This document shows, in pieces, positions 54,470 to 64,000 of a stretch of DNA of 64,000 bases. The position numbers and the translations under genes were made by a program. Each line of letters starts with the position of its first letter. Within the stretch, counting starts at the first letter, position 1. Origin of the DNA: Tubiluchus corallicola (taxonomy: Eukaryota; Animalia; Priapulida); assembly GCA_030141605.1 (NCBI GenBank), contig JAQGDQ010000566.1, positions 1-64,000 of the forward strand, read 5' to 3'. The notes below the pieces were generated by a model. The model saw only the letters and a list, made by a program, of their open reading frames with translations. It ran no database searches and was not told the DNA's origin.

Positions 54470-54762
54470 GACCGGTTATAAAGTCACTGGAAAAAAGCCA
54501 CGGAAAGCAGTCAAAATTTTGGCTGGGGAAAAGGTACAGGAAAAAAGTCACGGAAAGCAGTCAAAATTTTGGCTGGGGAAAAGGTACAGGAAAAAAGTCA
54601 CGGAAAGCAGTCAAAATTTTGGCTGGGGAAAAGGTACAGGAAAAAAGTCACGGAAAGCAGTCACAGTTTTGGATGGGGGAAATGGTACAGGAAAAAAGTC
54701 ATTTGTTGAGACTTTGTGAGTTTTTTCTTTGACTTTTTTAACTCTGACCTTTTTACTTGGAT
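54470..54762. repeat. 50-bp minisatellite (~4 copies) within a probable foldback/MITE
   Basis: Unit CGGAAAGCAGTCAAAATTTTGGCTGGGGAAAAGGTACAGGAAAAAAGTCA at 54501, 54551, 54601 and 54651. Complementary TGACTTTTT motifs at the right end. Confidence 0.85.
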
Positions 54763-55229
54763 TCAAAATCAAAAATCTATACCTAGCAGTGGGTTAAAAT
54801 GCTTTCTGGTGGGCGGAGCGAATTGTGGGATTTCCTTGAAGCAAGTGTTCTGGCTTACAGCTGTAAGTGACACTCGGTATAACATCAGTAATTGCTATTT
54901 CGTCAAAACAATGCCGCACTCTTCGCAAGAACAGTGAAAAATCAAACAACTCTCGTGAATATTACAACATTGTTTCTTTTTTACTTGTAGCGGGGAAAGT
55001 ATTCATGAAAATAAGTATTCAGAATGATTGTACTGCACGAATCATCATTGACAAAACTTATACGTTTATTAGCACAATTTCGACAATGTTCCAAAATTTT
55101 TCTTATGTCTGTTTCAAATTTAAAGCATACAGCTACTGTCAAACTGCCAATCTTTTTTTATCACGTTTTACAAGAACATTAGAATTTGTTTTGAAAAACT
55201 ACACGCAACAAAAGAATGACAACATGAAA

Positions 55230-55452
55230 CCCACGCTCAATGGTAGCGTACTCGCTTACCACCCGGGAGGTCGTGGGTTCAACTCTCGACCGATTCATAC
55301 CAACGACTTGAAAAATGGTACCGCTGGTTCTTCGACCAATCAGGAGGGTTTATCGAAATAACGTAGTAATAATAATCGGGACCACCTTGGAAATAACTAT
55401 TGAGTTACTTAAGGTGTTGTACTTGAACTATGCCCGAAAAGAAATTATTATA
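55230..55452 (+). mobile_element. tRNA-derived SINE
   Basis: A-box-like GCTCAATGGTAGCG and B-box-like GGTTCAACTC, followed by non-tRNA body CATACCAACGACTTGAAAAATGGTACC. Ends are approximate and no TSD was found. Confidence 0.65.
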
Positions 55453-56336
55453 ACCGTTTCTGTATTCATAGCAGGCGGTAAAATAACTGTCCTAAGATAA
55501 CAAATTTGAATATGTAAACAACAGCATCATAATGAGGGTTTATGCATAGCTAATATTGCGAAACGTTCCATCTTAAAACCTTAGTAAATATCCTGATTAA
55601 GTCAAAAGAAACTGATGAAACATCTAACATCATCGACAAAAATTAATAGAAATTGTTTACTGCACAATGCTAGTCTTTATTATAATAGCTTCCTAAAATT
55701 ATCCTATATATTTATGTTGTTTTTTGTGAAAGCTAGCTGCTTTTTTAATTCACTTAATTTATTTTCCGTAGTTACAAAAGATCTGAGCTTACAGAGGTGC
55801 ACTGCACTGCAATTTCACCTATATGTAGATGGGTATAAAATCGGAAGTTTATTAATGAAGTGCTAAAATTTATGGTGGGGTTGCATGGCGTTCACTTCTG
55901 CTTGGGTTGTGGTTTGGGTCGGCACGGGGAACTTGGAGGAAAGCATTTTAGCAAGATGACCCGGTTGTCACCATATGAGTGTCACCATAAAATAGAATTA
56001 ATCATTAATATCTTGTCCAATACTTCTCCACATCTAGTTGGCTAAAAGAATAACTAATAATAAAATAACAACGAATAACAACGATGCAAAGCGTCTATTG
56101 CACGGTTAGTACGAAGCATATAGGAGTACGGTTAATTGTACAACACTAAAATGCGCTTCCTATTAATCTATGCTTCGATGTCGTGATATAATTGCTGTAG
56201 TGAAATTACATTGCGTATTGGTTAAGCAGCTGGCCGGCAGGGTATAACAACAGTTCAGGTGCGCCATTGGTCAAAATTGCATCTACTATACTGAAACAGC
56301 TGTGTAAGTGCAATAATGCTGCTGCAGCTGGAACTT

Positions 56337-56453
<117 letters not shown>

Positions 56454-56461
56454 CGCCTCAT

Positions 56462-56538
56462 CGTTGCTTAACTTCGGTGATCAGACGAGAACCCTTGTCA
56501 TCAACCTGTTTTGAACAACCGGTATTTTCAACGCCGTA
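56462..56538 (-). mobile_element. Truncated 5S-derived fragment (SINE3 relic or 5S pseudogene)
   Basis: CGTTGCTTAACTTCGGTGATCAGACGAGAACC...GGTATTTTCAACG matches 13187-13231, with an internal insertion. Confidence 0.7.
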
Positions 56539-57564
56539 ATTGTGTATAAGCAGATGCTCGTGATATACAACAATTGCAAACTTGCTACGTAGGAACATGT
56601 ACTAATGCGTATAAATTCTCCTCAAATACCGGTAAAATCCACACTAACTTTCCTTTATTAATAATCAGTATACAAATCAGTAACAACAATATACAAAGAT
56701 GTTAAAAAATTAGCCTATATCGATTCCATCTTTTTTTAATTTTTCAAGAACGGAGGTGAACGACTTAAAAAAGGTCAAAAATTCGGATTTCCGTGATAAG
56801 TAATCTAGCTTGTCGCCTGGGATTCACAAATATACGGAAATTTTGCTGTACACACGAAAATTTTGCTGTACACACGAGAAGTCATTCCACGTGTTCCCAT
56901 TTGCCCGCAGGATGGCGCAACTTTCGCCATCGCCGTAATTATCTGGTTGGCCATCTGCTACGTCCCAAGAAGTAAAAAGAGCAGGTCGGCCTGTTGCAAA
57001 CCACCTCCAGTCACCCTCCTCGTGTATGTCGGTTAAATCAATCCAAAAATGCTCACCAGCTTTATTATTATTATTATCATTATGAGTTTATTTCGTATAA
57101 AAATATACAGTTTACAAAAATAAAGATGTTAGTAAAACAGGTAATGCGATGTTAGTAAAGTAACATATCTACAGACATTCAACTTTATAATAACCACACA
57201 TTGTAGTTCCCTTGTAATTATATTACATTATACAGTGTTGTAAGGAGCTATAAAAGACATCTTAAAACATAATCTTTAAATGAGTTCTTAAATAAACTGT
57301 ATGTAAATAATTATTAATTAAATAATTGAAACTGTAAGAAACAGTGGCAACACAACTTATGCGTATTACAAAGCTCAAATAACGAAACAGGTAACACTTG
57401 TGAAGGTGTCAATCCTGCTTCAATAGCTGGTAAAGAGACCCTTAATGACGTTGTGTGAACAAAGGATATTGTTTGGCGTAACACTGCACGAACGCTACAA
57501 AAATATTTGCATTAGAAATAGTACTAATTTGTTTGCAACACCGTCAATTAATGGTTACAAACAT

Positions 57565-58132
57565 TTCTCGTTTCTCTTCCCTTTTCTTCCCTTCTCTTTC
57601 GTTCTCTTCTCTTGTCTTTTCTTCTCTTCTTGCCTCCTCTCGTCTCGTCTCTTCTCTTCCCTTCTCTTCTGTTCCCGTCCCTTCCATTCTCCTTTCTTTT
57701 CTTCCTTTCCCTTCCGTTCCCTTCCCCTCACTTCTCTTCTCTTCCTATCCATTCTCTTCTCTTCCCATCCCTTCTCTTCTCTTCCCATCTCTTCTCTTCT
57801 CTTCTCTTCTCTTCTCTTCTCTTCTCTTCTCTTCTCTTCTCTTCTCTTCTCTTCTCTTCTCTTCTCTTCTCTTCTCTTCTCTTCTCTTCTCTTCTCTTCT
57901 CTTATCTTCTCTTCTCTTCTCTTCTCTTCTCTTCTCTTCTCTTCTCTTCTCTTCTCTTCTCTTCTCTTCTCTTCTCTTCTCTTCTCTTCTCTTCTCTTCT
58001 CTTCTCTTCTCTTCTCTTCTCTTCTCTTCCATCCCAGCCCATCCCATCCCTTCTCTTCTCTTCTCTTTTCACTCCTCTTCTCTCCTTTCTCTCATTTTCC
58101 TCCCCTCTCTCACTCTCTCTGTCTCTCTCTCC
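57565..58132. repeat. (CTTCT)n pentanucleotide / polypyrimidine tract
   Basis: Direct reading. Confidence 0.97.
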
Positions 58133-58446
58133 TCGTCCATCCAAATTTGCGGCCGCTGTTCGCAGGCAATTTAAATATGTGCTGCCATCTAACGAAAAGT
58201 GAAAGAAACATTCAAGCCAACCAGTTGCACTTGATGTTATGACAAGTTTTCTTTGCCAAACACAAGAACAGTTGGCTTGATGAAATGCACAGATTTTCTT
58301 TGTGCAATCTGCAATAAAGCAGAGCTAAGGCTACGAAAACTATCATCTGCAGCAAACGCAAACCACTAAAATTGCTGAATTTTGCAAACCGACGTATGGA
58401 ATTTGATAGAATCTTCTGAATAATCGTCGAAGCTGTAGCCCCGAAT

Positions 58447-58667
<221 letters not shown>

Positions 58668-61001
58668 TGGGGTCAGCAGATAGGGCACACATTCAAATTC
58701 TTGCTATTAAGAATTATTAAAAATTTCACTATTTCTACTGATTCTTATATACATTTTGTCAAAATGTTGAAGCATTTTGGTTACCATTCTTAAACTGAGT
58801 ACTGGGAGTAAAATTAAATCAAATAATGCATAATATTGTTTTGATAGTGATCCAGTCGTGAGAAATGACCGATATGCGGTTCCCCTATCGGCTATCCTAG
58901 AAAACAGCTTTCAAGATTGCTACGTTCTGCGCTTGTGTTTAATGCGTTGATGTGTTTCTCTTTCAGTTTCAGATTAAGTATAAACAATTTCTAACTTAAC
59001 CGTATGTTACTTCTAGGTCACAGATGTTAATTTTATTACCGCACCAAATTTAAAAATTTTCACTTAACAGCACCTTATTCATCGTATACTCTTGCTCCAA
59101 CTGCTCACGTGCTGTTCAAACTCGGTATGTTAAACTGTTTGTGGGTCATACGATATACTATTATATTGTTAACATATTATTTTTGGTTGTGTGTGGATAT
59201 ATAAGATTGAAAAATTGGAGGTTACTGTTTTGAAGACAGCACAATTCTCAAACGAAAGCTCTCGATTTAGCGTTGTCTGCTTGAGTATTTATTTTGGAGT
59301 CACTGAGGGGAATGGGGCCCAAAAAATTCGCCAGCTTTTTCCAAAACTTATACTTCTTATTTCTAGAGAATGGGAATGTGCCAGGAGTGGCACCAGTAAT
59401 TGTTGGATAGCAATTTTAGCAGTAGGTGAGGCAGAACCTTTTAATAGAATTTGCAGGAGGGTCACGGCTTCACATCACGATTTTATCCTGTAGTTTAAAC
59501 AATAATGCTAAGATTCCTTGAATTGCTTTAGCTGAACTGAATCATAATTATTTTTTTATTATTGGAAAATTACTGTCAAGTGTGCTGCTTCACTGCTCAG
59601 ACAGTGATCGATTTGTCATCAAAAAGATATGATTTAAAAAAAATAGCTAAAAGCCTTGATTCGATTTCGATTTGGTTTGCAAAATTATTTTAAGTTGAGA
59701 TTTGGATTTGATCCTTTTTTGGAGATTATTTTTTAAGCTTCAGATTTGATCCGGATTTGAAAATTATAAAATGATATTTTGTTTTGATTCGGATTTGGTA
59801 ACTTCAGATTCATAACATACCTATTTATGTTAATAAGTAAATGCAGTAAATGGTTCTAACCAGCTTATCTTAGTGCAAAACTATGTAGGATGTTCATGCA
59901 TTATTGATCATAAATGTATTTAATAAGCAAAATCTTATGGAAGACTTAGGCTACTTATATATTGTTTCACTCTTTATGCATAGGTAATAAGTACTCCCCA
60001 TAACATTAGGTTTGTATGTAAGCTTGCTATTAGGCAAAGTTAGGGGAAGAAAACGCGCAGTATTGAATCATCTATGAATCCATAGACTTGCAGCCACTGT
60101 CACTGTGGCACATGTGCTATCCATCACTGTGCAATTTAGTTTCTGAAAAGCAAAAAAATTATTTTTTGACATTGAAATAGTGTTTACATTTGCCAGCATG
60201 CGAACAAGTCTATAGTGGTTGATGTGTGCAGTACCAAGTCAAGATCAAGATATAGCATGGCATGTATGAAAAAAATTGCTTGAAGAACTGCAGTGCTGTT
60301 TGCAGTTTCTGTTGATATAAAATTCATGTTTGGTACCTATTATTGCAATTTAAATTTGAGCCTATCATTTTTGTGCCTGTTTTTGCACAGATCACTTTCT
60401 TTCGCTTCTTTATAATAGTTTTTAAGTCAGTCTGTCAAAAGAGTCACTTCAGCTTCTGTAAGTTCTTTCTGTTATTCGCTTATTCCTTGCAGCACAGATC
60501 TTGCAAGATGCTGTCATGTATAGCCACTTGCACAGCTTGCTGTGTCATGTAAACTTTTTGAGATCATAATAAACATCATATCACTTAGAAACAACAGAGA
60601 GGCACAGCTACATGTAGAGCATTTTGTAAGCTGTGTCAAGACAACGAGTATGGGGGTAAATTAATATGTACACGCAAATTGCATTTGTCTGTGTTCTGTG
60701 TGTCTCTTGAAGTTAAAATCACTTGCCATATTGCCTCGATCTTATTGGTAAACCATATTGCTACTACGGAAGCAATTTTAAGTTAGTTATATATCTTTTA
60801 GGTCATATGCCTTACTAACTGTGAAAAGGCAAGTTGTGTACAACAATTTAGTATGGCAGGAGTGATTGGAATGGTAAGTAATACATGTATAAATTATTTC
60901 TTTTTTCTGTGCAACAATTGAACCTTGAAGTTAATTTCTTAACATTTAACCATTTGAAAAGTAATCTTTTAACTATTAAGATTTTGCCTTTTTATCTTCA
61001 G

Positions 61002-61128
61002 GGTCGAGGCTGGATGTTAGAGAGAGTCAGTGAAAGGGAAGCTGTAGGAGTCCGTCCAAAACTTGATCTTCGAGTAAAAGTTACTCATGTGAATGATCCA
61101 AGGAATTTTTCAGCACAAATAGGAACAT
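61002..61128 (+). CDS. Extended-Tudor-domain protein (TDRD-like), exon A; start may be ATG at 61014 or lie in an upstream exon
   Basis: CTTCAG acceptor; ...LRVKVTHVNDPRNFSAQIGT (eTudor N-terminal beta strands); T|GTAAG donor, phase 1. Confidence 0.85.
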
Positions 61129-61379
61129 GTAAGCTTTCGTTTCCCGAACTAGTACAAATAACTGTATTGTACTGAAGTCTTTGTTATTAAGTTTATTAGA
61201 ATGTTACCTTGATAGTTTGTATAATCCTTTTTAAGGTATACGATAGTAATATTTATAATTATAATAACAGTAATAGGTATTAATAATAATTATTATATTA
61301 TAAGGTAAATTATTTGGTGCATCATTAATTAAACTAATTAAAAAATGGGATTTTCATGTTTGTGCATTTTTACCTTCAG

Positions 61380-61545
61380 TGGAAACTCTGGAAAAGTTTG
61401 ATAAGTTTCTAAAAACTATGAATGAATGGGGTGAAGAACAACCAGTTGTTGGTGCTTCAGAGTGCTTAGACATTTCATCCGTTGTGCTGTTACAAAGTAA
61501 CATCACTAACAACTGGCAGAGAGCGCGAGTTATGAAAGTAACCAG
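61380..61545 (+). CDS. Tudor protein exon B
   Basis: CTTCAG acceptor; LETLEKFDKFLKTMNEWGEEQPVV...VVLLQSNITNNWQRARVMKVT; AG|GT donor, phase 2. Confidence 0.87.
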
Positions 61546-62026
61546 GTGATTATGATTTTGCTATCCGGTTTGATTAGTTTTGAGCAACTTGCTTCATTAG
61601 TTTCTATCTTTTTGTTTAGGTAAAATGGATTCTATATTCATTGCAGTGATGGGTATTATAATACATTTGTGAAGCCTGCAGGAGTTCTAATAACAATAGT
61701 TTTATAATAACAATGAAGACTCTTAGTGAAAATGTTTTGCTTTTTATACTGCTGAAGATGGGTAATTCTCCAATATTGGCGTAGTATTGTTAAGTCCAAT
61801 AACTTTAGTCTCTTGTATCGATATCATAGATAGTAAATATCATTTAGTCTTATGCTAGCCTTATTCAATAGAAATTTATTTACTACAAATAAACAGTGTT
61901 TGTTAAGATTTGTAGACAATTGTCTTCAAGTGGCATTTTTGTACTTTGAAAAAGCTTGTAAGTTTATAACCACATACAGCATATTATTTTTATGCGTCCA
62001 ATGTGTGTTTTTATATTTAATGATTC

Positions 62027-62277
62027 GGCTAAAGTTTATAATTCCCCACACACAAGAAATAAGTTCGTGAAGCAGATTAGGGTTAGGGATAGGTTTAGTG
62101 TTAGCGTTGGTTTAGGGTTAGGATTAGGGTTAGGGATAGGATTAGTGTTAGGGTTGGGATTAGGGTTAGGGTTAGATTTGGGGTAGGGTTGGTTTAGGGT
62201 TTGGATTAGGATTAGAGTTAGAGATAGGGTTTATGGTTGGTGTATTTAAATTGTGTGAGGAATTGTAAACCCCTTTC
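62027..62277. mobile_element. MITE with an internal telomere-like (GGGTTA)n tract
   Basis: 8-bp direct repeat AATGATTC (62019-62026, 62278-62285). Inverted repeats GTTTATAATTCCCCACACA / TGTGTGAGGAATTGTAAAC. Confidence 0.7.
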
Positions 62278-62377
62278 AATGATTCCTCCTTCATAGGGTT
62301 ACAAAAAGGTTTAAAAATTTATCAGCCTAGTTATGTCCAGTGTTATTTCTGTTATAGCCGTAGTTACTCTTCATGTA

Positions 62378-63074
62378 CAGTAAGTCCTCGCTTAACAACC
62401 CTAATGCGTTCCAGCAAAATGCGACGTTAAGCGAAACGTCGTTAAACGAAGCCAAGACTTCCATAGAGAATAATGTAAAAGAATGGAGATATGTTCCAGA
62501 GGCAAAAATCCATACTGTTTATTAAATGATATAAGTTAAACATTCTATGAGTTTTATTCATATTTCTACTGATTGATTTCTTCCTCTTTGCCTGAAACCA
62601 CGTAGATATTTTACTTACCAATACCTAGGTATAGTGGTTACTCTTTCGTTAACTTTTAAGCCTAGTCAGCAGTTGAACAATAAACACTGCAGAGTCAAGC
62701 CCTGGTGCGACCCTGGGAATTTTACTTACCTACTTAGTCTTCTGGTTACTACAGCAACAGGTTGCAGTCAAAATTGCTCGCTGGTCACTTGATACACAAA
62801 CCACTAGTAATACAGTAGTAGCATCAGTAGTCAGTCGGGAAGCAAAAACATGTATAATAATTGCACTGTTTACATTACTTGTGCATTTTTAGAACAAAAT
62901 AATGCAATAGGTGCTGTTTTAATGCATCAAATTAGGTAAAAATTTTGTTAATCAAATGAAAATTTGCCTTGAGCAAAGTAAAAAATCGTTGTTAAGTGAA
63001 AAAAGGTGTCAAATGATCGGCGTCATTGAAACGAAACGTCGTTAAACGGGGAGTCGTTAAGCGAGGATTTACTG
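62378..63074. mobile_element. Tc1/mariner (Tigger/pogo-like) MITE
   Basis: TA TSD; TIRs CAGTAAGTCCTCGCTTAAC / GTTAAGCGAGGATTTACTG; subterminal CGTTAA repeats. Confidence 0.88.
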
Positions 63075-63315
63075 TAGTAATCATTGATTATAGTTATTTA
63101 GCTGTAGGTGTTTAGTTGCTGTAGAGATACCCATAACACAGAGAATTACACATTTGCAATTTTGAGGAGCAATTTAGAAATTTTTATAAAAATTCTTGGT
63201 TTTGTCATATACTGCCATACTGTATTTTATACATAAATAGCAAATAGACTAGGACTCCTCAGGGAATATAAAAACAGACAGCTACATTATTCCAACTTTG
63301 TTCATCTTTTTTCAG

Positions 63316-63475
63316 TGAAGAAGAAGTCGACGTGTATTTGATAGATGAGGGATATACTGAAAAAGCTTCACTGAGTGACTGTATTGATGACCTTCCATAT
63401 GAGTTCACCTTGCAGGAGTGTGCTCCCCAAGCTTTTGACTGTGGCTTAGCAGATGTACAGTCTTGTGGTCAATTG
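63316..63475 (+). CDS. Tudor protein exon C (gene continues beyond window)
   Basis: TTTCAG acceptor in phase 2; SEEEVDVYLIDEGYTEKASLSDC...APQAFDCGLADVQ (Tudor D.G motif and P.A..C.L eTudor motif); GTAAG donor. Confidence 0.88.
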
Positions 63476-63786
63476 GTAAGATATTGCACAAACTATTAAA
63501 TGAATCTTACTCATTACGACTAGGCTAGTTAACAGTATAAACTAGCTGATTACTTGAAGAAAAGAAGCAACAACAGACTGTAGCAAAAGTCTTTTTCTGA
63601 CTAATGTAACAAAATTTAACTTCTGCCATACTGAACAAAACTTAGAGTATCAAAACATTGTGAAAACACAAATGATCTATTTGCAGCTGGTCTTCATAAG
63701 GTAAAGCAACAAAAAGTTAAAGTAAGATGATAGCATATGGAAAGCTCAAAGATGTTAGTATATATATATATATATATATATCATAT

Positions 63787-63952
63787 CTTCTTCTTCTCAG
63801 CTTTTCCCTATGCGGGGTCGCCGTTGTGAATAAGTTTTCTCCATGCATTCCTGTTGTTGACCATCTCTTCATTTATGTTCTTCTCTCTAAGGTCTCCGCT
63901 TATGCATTCAAACCATCTCAGCTTGGGTCGTCCTCTTTTTCTGTTTCCCAGT
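63787..63952 (-). mobile_element. 5'-truncated RTE-clade LINE 3' end
   Basis: Minus strand encodes GNRKRGRPKLRWFECISGDLREKNINEEMVNNRNAWRKLIHNGDPA* followed by a (GAA)n tail. Flanked by duplicated TATATATATCATAT. Confidence 0.85.
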
Positions 63953-64000
63953 TATATATATATCATATATATATATATGTATTGACACACTGAGAGCCAA

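Noticed and set aside
54501-54700. 50-bp repeats (and 60-bp repeats at 29716) as CRISPR or coding repeats
   Set aside because: No spacers; ORFs across them merely reflect the tandem unit.
59191-59493. Candidate first coding exon of the Tudor gene (GTGAG donor near 59426)
   Set aside because: ATG-initiated frames stop before the donor; it may be a 5' UTR exon but cannot be supported.
61750-61781. Second hammerhead-like motif (CTGAAGA-TGG...CC-AATATT)
   Set aside because: GAAA core is missing; at most a dead relic. The same applies to a GAAACGTT motif on the minus strand near 29500.

Overview
AT-rich, intron-containing animal (invertebrate-type) genomic DNA, dense in microsatellites and non-autonomous transposons. 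No prokaryotic features or CRISPR arrays were seen. Four genes can be read directly. (1) An intronless secreted pentraxin on the minus strand (4979-6017), broken by a 7-bp tandem duplication. (2) A complete 4-exon H-type ferritin (14152-18154, 169 aa) with a TATA box and a canonical 5'-UTR iron-responsive element. (3) A probable 3-exon FNDC4/FNDC5(irisin)-like type-I membrane protein (22129-53410, ~440 aa) with a 24.5-kb first intron and a very long Ser/Arg/Pro-rich tail. (4) The 5' part of an extended-Tudor-domain gene (61002 to beyond the window end). Non-coding highlights: a ~790-bp near-perfect palindrome at the window start, a full-length 5S-rRNA-derived SINE with an RTE tail and 12-bp TSD, a minimal Penelope-type hammerhead ribozyme, a tRNA-like element split by a hAT MITE, several piggyBac/hAT/Tc1-mariner MITEs and LINE 3' fragments. 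Most ORFs in the supplied track are microsatellite or chance ORFs. All family assignments come from motif recognition by eye, not from database searches.
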